A stretch of DNA of 55,990 nt from Flavobacteriales bacterium. GTDB lineage: Bacteria; Bacteroidota; Bacteroidia; Flavobacteriales_D; JAHECK01. Made by a program: the position numbers and the translations under genes. The stretch lies in the NCBI GenBank assembly GCA_024641785.1, contig JAHECK010000004.1, forward strand, positions 1-55,990. The letters run 5' to 3'. Positions 29,768 to 40,400 of the stretch are shown piece after piece; position 1 is the first letter of the stretch, and every line of letters starts with the position of its first letter. The notes beneath the pieces are model-generated. The model was not told the DNA's origin, did no database searches, and worked only from the letters and a program-made list of their open reading frames with translations.

Positions 29768-29872
29768 TGGATGCCTCAATTTAGCAATAATTAAAAAATA
29801 TAATAATAATTGGCATTCAATCTGAGCGGTTTATCGATTTTTTATATTTTAGCGAGATATTGTAAGTCCATT

Positions 29873-30790
29873 ATGAAAAGACTATTACCATTAGTAGCCC
29901 TTATGTTTTTTATGCATTCTGCAAGCAGTCAATACAATTGGGAAATTGGCGGAAAACTAGGTGTAGCTAACTATCTTGGCGATATCGGAGGCGGAGAAGG
30001 TAGTGCAAGAGACTGGATATTAGACATGAAATTGGAAGAGACAAAGTACTCTTTTGGTGGTTATACTAGGTATCGTTTTACTCCAAGATGGTCGGCTGTT
30101 GCGAATTTAAACTACAATAGAATCAGTGGAGATGATCATAATTCGTTAAATCCTGGAAGAAGAGGACGTAATTTAAGTTTTCGGAATGATCTTTTTGAAC
30201 TTACTTTAAGAGGAGATTTTGCTGTTTATAATAATTACGATGTTGGAAATAAAGGCTATTACAATCCTGACTTCAAAATCTATTTATTTGCCGGTGCAGG
30301 GGCACTTCTTTCAAATCCAAAAGCAGAATATAATGGCGAGTGGCACAATCTTAGAAAATTAACTACTGAAGGAAAAGAATACTCTCCTGTTCAATTTGTG
30401 CTTCCTGCAGGAGTTGGTGCATTCTTTACTTTTGACCGAGTACATCGAATTGGAATGGAAATTCAATATTCTTTCGCTTTTACTGACTACTTAGATGATG
30501 TTTCAGGAACTTATGCTGATCCTGAATCTCTCCCTAATGATTTATCAAGAACTCTGGCAAATAGAAACCCTGAGTTCATTCCTGATAATCCCGATGATAT
30601 AGTCCCTCACCCAAATAATTATATTGCAGGAAATAAGCGAGGTAATGAAGCCAATTATGATGGTTATTTATTGATCAACTTCACTTATGGATATGTACTA
30701 AGAGGGAAGTCTCAATTCTATAAAAGAGGACACTATAATTTCCTTCATAGGAAAAATAGCAAACGAAGAAAATCGAGAGCTAAGTTCTAA
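29873..30790 (+). CDS. DUF6089/PorG-like outer-membrane beta-barrel protein (start taken at MKRLL)
   Basis: Signal peptide, EIGGKLGVANYLGDIGG, RNLSFRND, FTDYLDDVSG and RGN...DGY. ATG 29873 gives a clean signal peptide. Confidence 0.75.
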   Translation: MKRLLPLVALMFFMHSASSQYNWEIGGKLGVANYLGDIGGGEGSARDWILDMKLEETKYSFGGYTRYRFTPRWSAVANLNYNRISGDDHNSLNPGRRGRNLSFRNDLFELTLRGDFAVYNNYDVGNKGYYNPDFKIYLFAGAGALLSNPKAEYNGEWHNLRKLTTEGKEYSPVQFVLPAGVGAFFTFDRVHRIGMEIQYSFAFTDYLDDVSGTYADPESLPNDLSRTLANRNPEFIPDNPDDIVPHPNNYIAGNKRGNEANYDGYLLINFTYGYVLRGKSQFYKRGHYNFLHRKNSKRRKSRAKF

Positions 30791-30825
30791 AGAAGACCGA
30801 AGCACGAAGCGTAGAGATCGAAGTT
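30791..30825 (+). repeat. degenerate heptamer tandem repeat
   Basis: agaag-accgaag-cacgaag-cgtagag-atcgaag-tt, with 7-nt periodicity starting right after the stop codon. Confidence 0.5.
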
Positions 30826-30947
30826 AAAACCCTTCCAACGAAGTTAATAGGGAGATGATTCATGTCACCCTAAGAGTGCCCATATTAACACTCATTCATC
30901 CTCCTCCACTGGTTTAGGCCAACAGGTTTATTAAATGAAATTACCAC

Positions 30948-30977
30948 AAAAAAAAGGGCTCCTGACCGGAACCCTTT
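30948..30977 (-). terminator. intrinsic terminator of lpdA
   Basis: Minus strand AAAGGGUUCC-GGUCA-GGAGCCC-U8, about 20 nt after the lpdA stop. Confidence 0.85.
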
Positions 30978-30996
30978 CTCATATTATATGTCTTTC

Positions 30997-32385
30997 TTAA
31001 ATATGAATCACTTCATCGTAAGCCGCTGCTGCAGCTTCCATTATCGCTTCACTCATAGTAGGATGAGGATGGATCGCTTTGATGATCTCATGACCCGTAG
31101 TTTCAAGCTTACGAACCGCCACCAGTTCCGCTACCATCTCCGTTACATTTGCTCCGATCATATGACCTCCTAAAAGCTCACCATATTTTGCATCGAATAC
31201 CAATTTAACAAAACCTTCTTTCGCTCCAGCTGCACTTGCTTTTCCTGATGCACTAAATGGAAACTTACCGATCTTCACTTCATAACCCGCTTCAATAGCT
31301 GCTTTTTCTGTCATTCCAACAGATGCTACCTCAGGAGAACAATAAGTACAACCTGGGATGTTTCCATAATCAATAGGATCAACATGCATTCCTTTGATCT
31401 TTTCAATACAGGTAATTCCTTCCGCTGAAGCAACATGTGCCAATGCAGGCCCAGGAATCACATCTCCAATAGCATAGTAACCGGGAATATTCGTTTCATA
31501 AAATTCGTTTACCGTGATCTTACCTTTATCTACAATAATTCCCACATCCTCTAATCCAATATTTTCAATATTTGCACTGATACCTACTGCAGATAAAACA
31601 ACATCCGCTTCGATGATCTCTTCACCTTTCTTAGTCTTAACCGTAGCCTTTACACCTTTACCTGAAATATCCACTTTCTCTACAGAAGAATCAGTCATGA
31701 TCTTGATCCCTTGTTTTTTCAAAGAGCGACCTAGTTGTTTTGATACTTCTTCATCCTCTAAGGGAACGATATTAGGTAAAAACTCTACCACCGTAACTTC
31801 TGTTCCTAGAGCATTATATACATAAGCAAATTCGATCCCAATAGCTCCAGATCCAACAACAATCATCTTTTTTGGGAGTTTTTCAAGGGTCATCGCTTTA
31901 CGATAGCCAAATACTTTTTCACCATCCATAGGTAAATTAGGAAGTTCTCTTGATCGAGCACCGGTGGCAATAATAATGTGATCAGCAGTATATTCAGTTG
32001 TTTTTCCGTCCTTTCCTTCCACATCGATCTTTTTGCCGGCTTTTAGTTTTCCATAGCCTTCCAATACATCGATCTTGTTCTTTTTCATTAAGAACTGAAT
32101 CCCTTTACTCATACCATCTGCAACATCCCTACTTCGTTTTACAATATTTGTAAAATTAGGACTAGACTTAGCTACTTCAATACCATAATCTTCAGCATGC
32201 TGAATATATTCGAACACATTAGCGCTTTTAATCAGCGCTTTAGTCGGGATACAACCCCAATTCAAACATACTCCTCCAAGGCTTTCTTTTTCAACAATTG
32301 CTGTCTTAAATCCTAATTGAGAAGCGCGAATAGCGGTAACATATCCGCCCGGTCCACTTCCTAAAACGATCACGTCGTATTTCAT
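30997..32385 (-). CDS. lpdA: dihydrolipoyl dehydrogenase
   Basis: GSGPGGY, GGVCLNWGCIP (redox disulfide), GSGAIGIE and HPHPTMSE. Confidence 0.98.
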   Translation of the reverse strand: MKYDVIVLGSGPGGYVTAIRASQLGFKTAIVEKESLGGVCLNWGCIPTKALIKSANVFEYIQHAEDYGIEVAKSSPNFTNIVKRSRDVADGMSKGIQFLMKKNKIDVLEGYGKLKAGKKIDVEGKDGKTTEYTADHIIIATGARSRELPNLPMDGEKVFGYRKAMTLEKLPKKMIVVGSGAIGIEFAYVYNALGTEVTVVEFLPNIVPLEDEEVSKQLGRSLKKQGIKIMTDSSVEKVDISGKGVKATVKTKKGEEIIEADVVLSAVGISANIENIGLEDVGIIVDKGKITVNEFYETNIPGYYAIGDVIPGPALAHVASAEGITCIEKIKGMHVDPIDYGNIPGCTYCSPEVASVGMTEKAAIEAGYEVKIGKFPFSASGKASAAGAKEGFVKLVFDAKYGELLGGHMIGANVTEMVAELVAVRKLETTGHEIIKAIHPHPTMSEAIMEAAAAAYDEVIHI

Positions 32386-32412
32386 GTCTTTCCTGTTTTT
32401 TTTATATGGCTA

Positions 32413-32420
32413 CAAAATTA
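32413..32420 (-). promoter_or_regulatory. -7 promoter element of lpdA
   Basis: TAATTTTG on the minus strand, 27 nt upstream of the ATG. Confidence 0.6.
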
Positions 32421-32486
32421 GTAAAAAACATTGCTTTTTAAGCTTGTTCTTCACCTTCATTCTATTTCAATAAAATCAAGTGTTAT

Positions 32487-33116
32487 TTATGAAAAAGGAA
32501 TATAAACAACCTTCTTCGTTTCAAAGAATTCTTCATCAAATACTTCCTTAATATCAAAGATCTTAGCCTTCAATTTAATTTCTGATAATTCTTCTTTCAA
32601 ATCGCCCCCTTTTAAATATAAGATCCCATTTTTCAACTTGTTCTTTTGGACCTTCGAGATCTTACCCTTCGTCCATGGTAAAAAATTAACCAATCGACTT
32701 ACAGCCCTTGAGATAATAAAATCGAAATTTCCTGGAATATTCTCCGCTCTTTCATGAAAACCCTTTACATTATTCAATTGTAATTGTTCGGCAATATCAT
32801 TTACTACTTTTATTTTCTTTCCTATTGAATCGACAAGCGTGAATTCTACTTTTGGAAAAAGGATTGCCAGTGGAATTCCGGGAAAACCACCACCCGTTCC
32901 AATATCCAATATTTTAGTGCCTTCAGAAAATGAAATCACCTTGGCAATAGCTAGCGAATGCAGAATATGTCGTTCGAATAAAAAATCCATATCCTTTCTG
33001 GAAACAAGATTCACTTTCTCATTCCATTCCTCAAATAATTTCGAAAAAGCAATAAATTTTGCTTCTTGATTTTTTGAAAGATTTTTGAAATACTTATTAA
33101 TAATGGAATGATCCAT
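32487..33116 (-). CDS. rsmG: 16S rRNA m7G527 methyltransferase
   Basis: WNEKVNLVSR, RHILHSL, LDIGTGGGFPGIPLAI, DSIGKK, RAE, SRAV and YLKG. Confidence 0.97.
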   Translation of the reverse strand: MDHSIINKYFKNLSKNQEAKFIAFSKLFEEWNEKVNLVSRKDMDFLFERHILHSLAIAKVISFSEGTKILDIGTGGGFPGIPLAILFPKVEFTLVDSIGKKIKVVNDIAEQLQLNNVKGFHERAENIPGNFDFIISRAVSRLVNFLPWTKGKISKVQKNKLKNGILYLKGGDLKEELSEIKLKAKIFDIKEVFDEEFFETKKVVYIPFS

Positions 33117-33121
33117 TGGAA

Positions 33122-33748
33122 TTAAGTTTGACTTCGATCGTCGGTTAGCATCTTAGCCAGAAATTCCCTAGCGCGGAAAAGTTGCGCTTTCACCGTACCT
33201 AAAGGCATTTCCATTTCATCAGCAATTTCATCATAACTAAGTTCCTTAAAATAACGAAGCTCTATTAACTGACGATAATGTGGTTTTAATTTTTTAACGA
33301 TCTCCTTTAAATACTTACTGTTTTGTTTTCGTATTGCATTTTCTTCCGGATTAAGCCCATGAGATTCTACCTGAATATATAATTTTTCTCCATTATCATC
33401 ATTAAATGAAAGATCAAGCGAGGTAGTAGAAATCCGTTGCTTACGAATAAAATCGATGCAATTATTAGTTGCAATTCGATATAGCCAAGTGCTAAATGCA
33501 TAGTTAGGCTGGTATTGTTTTAAGTTACTAAATGCCTTACCAAATACTTCAATCGTTAAATCTTCAGCATATTCATTTGAATTTACCATCTTAAGAACCA
33601 GATAGTAGATCGATTCGCGATAGAGATCTAATAGTTGAGAATAAGCCATTTGATCTCCTTTTAGAGCTCGGCTTATTATCTCAAAATCGCGTTGTCCTTT
33701 TTCAGACAAACGACTTATCAGGTCCACTTTGTCGGTTTCTTTAGCCAT
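33122..33748 (-). CDS. ECF-type sigma-70 factor
   Basis: Region 2 AEDLTIEVFGKAF...FSTWLYRIATNNCID and region 4 LSYDEIADEMEMPLGTVKAQLFRAR. Confidence 0.95.
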   Translation of the reverse strand: MAKETDKVDLISRLSEKGQRDFEIISRALKGDQMAYSQLLDLYRESIYYLVLKMVNSNEYAEDLTIEVFGKAFSNLKQYQPNYAFSTWLYRIATNNCIDFIRKQRISTTSLDLSFNDDNGEKLYIQVESHGLNPEENAIRKQNSKYLKEIVKKLKPHYRQLIELRYFKELSYDEIADEMEMPLGTVKAQLFRAREFLAKMLTDDRSQT

Positions 33749-34827
33749 GTGCTTATGTAGATCAAAAAGTTTATTAAAAATAATATTAATTCAGTCAATG
33801 GAAAAATTCCGGCATTCTCAATCGTTCCTATTTTCTTTTTTAAAACTATGAAAATAAATGCATGTGCCAAGTATAATATCAAAGCACTTATCAAGAACGA
33901 TATCTTTAAATCCGGGTAATTTAATCCTATGATCAATAGGCTATAATAGCTAATGATCCTTAGAGGCTTAATTCCTATTAAAAATGTTGTTTTCCAACGG
34001 TATTTCACAGAAGTACTCATATGTCTTCTTTTCTGATTATACCATGCTCTGAAATTATCCTTACTTATGCTATAGGTAGTGGCCTCCGGCTGTGCGCAAA
34101 TAGTAGTATTATTTACCGTAGCAACCTGATTTATGAACAGATCATCATCCCCCCATTTAATATGTTGATGTCCTTTAAATCCACTTGCCTCTAGAAAAAT
34201 TTCCTTCGTATAGCCTAAATTTCTACCCACTCCCATATAGGGTTTGCCCCTGGAAGCTAATCCAAGATATTGAATGGCCGTTTGCACTGTATCCATTCGA
34301 ATAAGATAATTTAAGATGCCCTTTGTTTTAAAATACTGTCCAAAACCTAATACAATTTTCTTTGATTCATCGAATTGTGCACTCATAAATCCTAACCAAT
34401 AGGGACTTGCAGGTACACAATCCGCATCCGTGAAAATCAATCTTTCAAATTGCGCTCCTTTAATTCCTAAAGTAATCGCGTATTTTTTACCTCCCTTAAA
34501 AACCTTGGATTCTCGCAAGTTTATTACTTGCAAATGAGGGTACTTTCGTTGATATTCTGCTAATATATATTCTGTATTATCATCAGAACAATCATTTACA
34601 ACAATCACTTCATAGGAATAATGATGCTGTGAAAGCCATATTTCCAAATGTTCTTTTAAATTCTCTTCTTCATCGCGTGCAGCAATAATTACACTAACAG
34701 GGGTTTCGAAATCAGGTTCTTCATTGGAACTATACTGAGCTAAACCACCCCATATCCAGGCTAATTCAAAAAGATAGAGAATACAAGCAAGAATAAAGAA
34801 TACAACTACAATGTAAACGTAGGGCAT
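33718..34827 (-). CDS. membrane-bound GT2 glycosyltransferase (PgaC/IcaA-like fold)
   Basis: N-terminal TM, SVIIAARDEE, VNDCSDD, GKKYA, FTDADC, GDDDLF, QKRRH and C-terminal TMs. Overlaps the sigma gene by 31 nt. Confidence 0.9.
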   Translation of the reverse strand: MPYVYIVVVFFILACILYLFELAWIWGGLAQYSSNEEPDFETPVSVIIAARDEEENLKEHLEIWLSQHHYSYEVIVVNDCSDDNTEYILAEYQRKYPHLQVINLRESKVFKGGKKYAITLGIKGAQFERLIFTDADCVPASPYWLGFMSAQFDESKKIVLGFGQYFKTKGILNYLIRMDTVQTAIQYLGLASRGKPYMGVGRNLGYTKEIFLEASGFKGHQHIKWGDDDLFINQVATVNNTTICAQPEATTYSISKDNFRAWYNQKRRHMSTSVKYRWKTTFLIGIKPLRIISYYSLLIIGLNYPDLKISFLISALILYLAHAFIFIVLKKKIGTIENAGIFPLTELILFLINFLIYISTWLKKPTKWT

Positions 34828-34908
34828 GCATAAAACATTTACTCGAAAAATACTGACAATGCTTTGATTTAATCGCTTAGATAAATGAAGCTTTTAAACA
34901 GTAAATTG

Positions 34909-36099
34909 TTACTGAATAACACCGGATCCGATCAACTCTTCACCATTATACCATGCCACAAATTGTCCGGAAGCTATTCCAATTTGAGCTTCTTCAAATA
35001 TGACAAAGAGATATTCTTTTCCCATATGCAATGTAGCTTTCTGTAAATCTTGTCTATAGCGGATTCTAGCAAGATAATCTATACTTTCTCCTGTTTTAAG
35101 GGCGAGATCTTCCCTTAACCAATGAATATCTTCAATAGCTACTCTCAATCCTCTTCTTTGTAAACCAGGATGCTGACTTCCTTGCCCGGTATAGATCAAA
35201 TTATTTACCGTATCGGTTTCAAGAATAAATAAGGGTTCGGGAGTACCACCAACATTTAAGCCTTTGCGCTGACCTATCGTAAAATAATGTGCACCACGAT
35301 GACTTCCAATCACTTTCCCTTCATTCTTAGTATAGGAATACTTTTCACTCAAAGTCATCAAAACTTCAGGGTCATTAAAGTTCCCTTCAGTCTTATTTTT
35401 TTGAAAAAGGATGTTATTCTGATCGACTTCTATAATATCTCCTGTCTTCGCTTTTAATTGTTGCTGTAAAAAATCGGGGAGCTTAACCTTTCCAATAAAA
35501 CAAAGTCCTTGTGAATCTTTCTTATCGGCTGTTACCAGGTTGAGCTCAGTGGCTATTCTTCTGACTTCAGATTTTTCTAAATGTCCGATCGGAAAAAGTG
35601 CTTTACTTAATTGCTCCTGATTTAACTGGCATAAAAAATAACTTTGATCTTTATTTTTATCCTTACCGGCAAGCAGTTTATAAATAGTCTTACCCTCTTT
35701 TTCGAAGGATTCTTTTTGACAATAATGTCCGGTCGCTACAAAATCAGCATCAAGTTGTTTTGCAGCTTCAAGAAAAACATCAAATTTTATTTCGCGATTG
35801 CAAAGAATATCCGGATTTGGCGTTCGTCCTGCTTCGTATTCTTTAAACATATAATCGACGATCCTTTCCTTATACTCTTCACTAAGATCAATCGTTTGAA
35901 AAGGAATTCCAAGCTTCTGGGCAACAAGCATAGCATCATTACTATCATCAATCCAAGGGCACTCATCAGAAATAGTAACAGAAGTATCGTGCCAGTTCTT
36001 CATGAACATAGCGATCACTTCATAGCCTTGCTCCTTTAATAAGTAAGCGGCAACCGAAGAATCTACTCCACCAGATAAGCCAACAACTACACGTTTCAT
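34909..36099 (-). CDS. mnmA: tRNA 2-thiouridine(34) synthase
   Basis: [56 protein letters not shown] and KIRYRQ-like RIRYRQ. Confidence 0.98.
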   Translation of the reverse strand: MKRVVVGLSGGVDSSVAAYLLKEQGYEVIAMFMKNWHDTSVTISDECPWIDDSNDAMLVAQKLGIPFQTIDLSEEYKERIVDYMFKEYEAGRTPNPDILCNREIKFDVFLEAAKQLDADFVATGHYCQKESFEKEGKTIYKLLAGKDKNKDQSYFLCQLNQEQLSKALFPIGHLEKSEVRRIATELNLVTADKKDSQGLCFIGKVKLPDFLQQQLKAKTGDIIEVDQNNILFQKNKTEGNFNDPEVLMTLSEKYSYTKNEGKVIGSHRGAHYFTIGQRKGLNVGGTPEPLFILETDTVNNLIYTGQGSQHPGLQRRGLRVAIEDIHWLREDLALKTGESIDYLARIRYRQDLQKATLHMGKEYLFVIFEEAQIGIASGQFVAWYNGEELIGSGVIQ

Positions 36100-36115
36100 T
36101 TCTTAAAATAAAATG

Positions 36116-36123
36116 CAAAATTA
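36116..36123 (-). promoter_or_regulatory. -7 promoter element of mnmA
   Basis: TAATTTTG on the minus strand, 16 nt upstream of the ATG. Confidence 0.6.
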
Positions 36124-36332
36124 AGAAAGCATTCTTTTTATCAGCGCATTTAAATGATTTAATAAAAAGAAGTCAGGAGTTACAGAAGGTATAGAAGATC
36201 AGAAACTGATTTATGAGCTATTTTACTATCCATGTTTATTTTTAATTAATCATGAACAGTTAGAGATTCGAGAAGGATGAAGTTTTTAGAAAATCATGGG
36301 CATGTTATTTTAATCAATCCTCAAACTAACAA

Positions 36333-37406
36333 TTAAACGATATCCAAATTCAACATTAAGTTTATATTTTTCCTAACAAGGGCACCCATAGAAGTGCATT
36401 CTGAAAAAACCTCGCTCTTATGAAAACGATTTAATTCATTGATCAGCTGTTGTCTTTTTTCAGGAGTTGAAATCAAATCATTCTCCATTACTTTAATTAA
36501 GTGACGATACTGATATTCGGCAAGTGAAATTCGCTTTGCCATTAAAGCCCTTTCTTCTGCCTGATATTGCCGGATCGATTCTTTTGAAAGAAAGTCCAGT
36601 GATAATTTTACATATTGAAAATTCTCTGTAAAAAACTGGGGAAAATAAAATCTTAGGCGGCCTTCATAAGCCTGCTGATCAAAATCGATGGTACGAATAC
36701 GGTATTGGATCTGATCGAAATCGGGTGTCATATCGATTACGAAATTGTAAGAGCGCATATCGCCTAATAAACGAAGAAAGCAACGCTCATTAAATTTTAC
36801 AAATTCCTTCGATAATCGAACTTTATTATGAGGGTTATGCAATAGATCATTCTTTAAAAATTGATCTCCAGGAATTCCCATAATATGTTCTTCTACGAGC
36901 GTATTATTAAAAACGAAGTAGTTTATCTTATTGGGAGAAACGATATGCTCCAATTCTAAACCATAAATTCTAGATGCATCGGCTTGTTTTATATAATAAT
37001 AGTCGTAATTATCATTTACGGTATTTTTTATTTTTATTCTGAATGGATTTGAATTTCCAAATAAGCAATAATCAATACGATCTACCGAAAGGTGTTTGAT
37101 TTGCTCCATGTTTCCATCAGAAGCGAGTAAGACATAAGTTTGAAGTAAGCCGGTATAAATCTCATCCTGATTGCTCGGAGGATAGGAAACGATCATCCAT
37201 AAAGTGTCATTTCCGTCATTATCCAATAATGGAAAGGACATATCATACCTTAATAGATCTTCATAATTAAGAGGGAGATCCTGGCTTCTAAAAAATTTTT
37301 TTAAGTAGTTATGTAATTCTGTTTTAACAGGATAACCGGGCTTTTTCCTTAAATTCGAATCTCTCCCGTCTTCTGGATCTTCGATATGCAGATCATGTAT
37401 TGGCAT
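36333..37406 (-). CDS. uncharacterised cytoplasmic protein with PI3K/HipA-type atypical kinase motifs
   Basis: 357-aa ORF with no signal peptide. Ordered motifs G117-NSNP, YYYIK140, E151/E153, LVEEHI, LLGD216MRSYN221 and ID241FD. The gene itself is secure; the kinase call is an inference. Confidence 0.65.
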   Translation of the reverse strand: MPIHDLHIEDPEDGRDSNLRKKPGYPVKTELHNYLKKFFRSQDLPLNYEDLLRYDMSFPLLDNDGNDTLWMIVSYPPSNQDEIYTGLLQTYVLLASDGNMEQIKHLSVDRIDYCLFGNSNPFRIKIKNTVNDNYDYYYIKQADASRIYGLELEHIVSPNKINYFVFNNTLVEEHIMGIPGDQFLKNDLLHNPHNKVRLSKEFVKFNERCFLRLLGDMRSYNFVIDMTPDFDQIQYRIRTIDFDQQAYEGRLRFYFPQFFTENFQYVKLSLDFLSKESIRQYQAEERALMAKRISLAEYQYRHLIKVMENDLISTPEKRQQLINELNRFHKSEVFSECTSMGALVRKNINLMLNLDIV

Positions 37407-37435
37407 GGAATAAAAATACTACTTCTGGGTGAAAC

Positions 37436-40400
37436 TTAGCGAAGCAAATTAACGGTTCCGTTTTTTTCAAATAATCGGCCTCCTGAATAATAGCTCACCA
37501 TATAAACATAAACGATAGGCTGCATCGCTGCACCATTATTACTATTCCCATCCCATCCAAGCGATCGATCGAAACTTTGAAAAACCAGGACTCCACTTCG
37601 ATCATAAATACGCATTATAAAACCTTTTTCATCTATCGTAGAACCCTCTACTTTAAATACATCATTGATTCCATCACCATCAGGAGAAAATGAATTTGGA
37701 ATATAGACTCGATGATCTTCTTTTACAGTAATTGATTTTTCATATTCATCTTCGCATCCAAAATCGCTGCTTACACTTAGCACTGCCATATATACTCCAA
37801 AAGACTTATATGTATGTTCAGGAGCGAGCATTTGGCCGCTGGTGAATTCGCCTAAAGCTTGATCTCCAGGAGAACCACTTACAAGGACTCCATCTCCAAA
37901 ATCCCATTCCATAAGGGCTGAGTTTCCACTAAGGTCTGTAAAGATCACTTCCCCTTCTGCCATAGAAACTACATCGTCGCTTACTTCAAAAAAGGCTTCG
38001 ATCACGTTTGGATTTTCAGGAACCATCCATTGAGAAACGAAACAACCATTCGCATCAATAACTTTAAAACGACTTGAAACTTCATTCAAATCACTAAAAA
38101 AGCTTGAAGAAACAGGGTCTTCATCATTCAGAACAAATTGTAAGGGTTCCACTCCACCGGAGACTACCTCCACATTCATCCATAGATCGCTTGGATCGCA
38201 GCTTGGAGAAAAAGGATATAATTCAAATTCGATCTGAGGAGGCTCAGTCGGAGTAACACTTGCTATCGTAAAACAGTTATTGTCAAGACTGTCAATAACC
38301 ATAACACTATAGGTAATTCCAGCCTCTAAATTAGCCTGAGTACTTGTTGTCACATCGTTGGTACTATTGTCCCATTGAAACAAAAACTGACCTGAACCAC
38401 CAGAATATTGAACCGTGGCTACTCCATTATCATCGCCAAAACAGTTTAATTCAACCGCTTCTATAAATGCACTCATGTTCTCAATTTGCAATAATGAAGT
38501 ATCAAGCATTGCAATACATCCATTTGAATCCGTGGTAATAATTTGATAGGATCCAATGGGAAGTCCATCAAAAGAAACGTAAGAACCAAGTTGAGTTGAA
38601 TTATTTAAATCGCTTTGGTATGGTGTACTTCCTCCGCTTATCTCGATATTTATCACACCACTATTAAGATCTGAACAGGTAACAGGATGAATTGAACTGA
38701 CATTGATGATCAGAGAATCCGGTTGAGAGACTACAATTGAAGAATCTTCTATGCATCCATTACTATCTTTTATATATAAAGTATATTCATTTGCGATCAA
38801 TCCGTTAAAAACACCGCTGTTTAACCAAGTGACTTGATCCATTGAAAATGTATAAGAGGGATTTCCACCGGAACCAATGAGTTCAATACTTCCATCATCG
38901 AATCCGAAACATGAAACATCTTCTACAACAGGCACAATAAAAATCTCCAGGGCATTAGGTATAAAAACAAATGTTGAATCGCTGCAACCTAGGCTATCCA
39001 CCCCAAAAAACTGGGTCATACCGGGATAAAGATTGTGAAATGTATCGCTAGTTTGTAATTCGTCAATACTTAATCCATATGTGGTCCCGCCATTTCCACC
39101 ACTTGATCCAACAAGAACAGTTGCCGTAGAATCCCCAAAACAAGCCGGAGGAACGAGGGCTAAAACATCAATATCAAAGGGCTCTGCTTCATAAAGACTT
39201 ACAATTTGTGAGACATTACATCCATACTGATCCGTAATACTTATATAATAAGCTCCATCATTTAAATTGCTGACTATAGTATCAGTAAAATTTCCTATGC
39301 CAGGAATAAAATAGTTATATGAAGGAGTACCTCCGCTCACTGCGATAGAAAAACTTCCATTTGCATCTCCAAAACATGTTGGGTTTGTAGTAAGAATAGT
39401 ATCAATTAGTAAGACTGAAGGTTCGGTGATCTCAAATTCGTATTCGATAGAACATCCCGAAGTATCGCTGATATAGAGCGTATATAAAGCGGAAGCCAAG
39501 TTATTAAAACTGCCAATTGTAGAAATTTCGGAAGTATTAAGCTCATATTCAAGATCACCACTTCCTCCATTTGCATTAAAAAAAGCACTTCCATTGTTAA
39601 ATCCAAAACAACTCACATTAGAAATAATATCATTTTGTAAATAAATACTATCAGGTTCCTCTATTGTAAATGAGAATTCGGCCTGACAATTATTTGAATC
39701 TAGAACCATGATCTCGTGTATCCCTGCATCCAAATTATTTATGAATTGATTTGTTCCATTACTTAGAGTATCAATAAAATAATAGTAGGGTGCGGTTCCT
39801 CCTGAAACGATCACTTCTACAATGGCATTCTCATCTCCAAAGCAATTCAGCGGATTTATTTCATTAATTAAAATTCCTAAGGAAGATGGTGAATTGATCT
39901 CTATGACAGTATCATTCGTACAAAAATTACCATCACTAATGCTAATAGTATAAGTGCCATCGCCCAATCCGGTAAATAATCCATTGGTATTTGAAACCGA
40001 TCCCGGAGATAGGGTATAATTAACTATTCCACTGGTGTTTTCTGCAGATAATGCAATAAAAGCATCGCTCATACCAAAACAACTTGCGAATCCAATTGAA
40101 TCTATGATAATCTGAACCTCCTGAGGATCATTTATTACAAAACTCAAACTATCGTTACAACCTTGAGAGTCTTCAGCATACACATAATGATCTCCGGAAT
40201 ACAAACCCATAAATGTATTTGATACATCAAGTCCACCACCATCTAACGCATATTCATATGGCCCTATACCATTAGAAATTGAAAAAGAAACTACTGCATC
40301 ATCATATCCAAAACAACTTGGAGGACTTATATTGTTCAGTTGCAAATTGAGTTGAGTAAGTAAAAAGATCTCCACTTCCACTTCAGCCATACAACCTGTA

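Noticed and set aside
29810-29872. TTG-started extension of the DUF6089-like gene
   Set aside because: ATG 29873 yields a canonical signal peptide, and the extension spans the divergent promoter region.
35644-36039. 131-aa plus-strand ORF
   Set aside because: Lies wholly antisense to mnmA, has no recognisable motif and has a composition typical of a shadow frame.
36124-36332. Possible sRNA or repeat element between mnmA and the kinase-like gene
   Set aside because: Only a purine-rich AGAAG-type tract and short CATG-centred palindromes are visible, with no convincing stem or ORF.
36333-37406. HipBA-type toxin-antitoxin module
   Set aside because: No adjacent HTH antitoxin or HIRAN/HipS-like gene and no operator palindromes were seen. 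The context is housekeeping.
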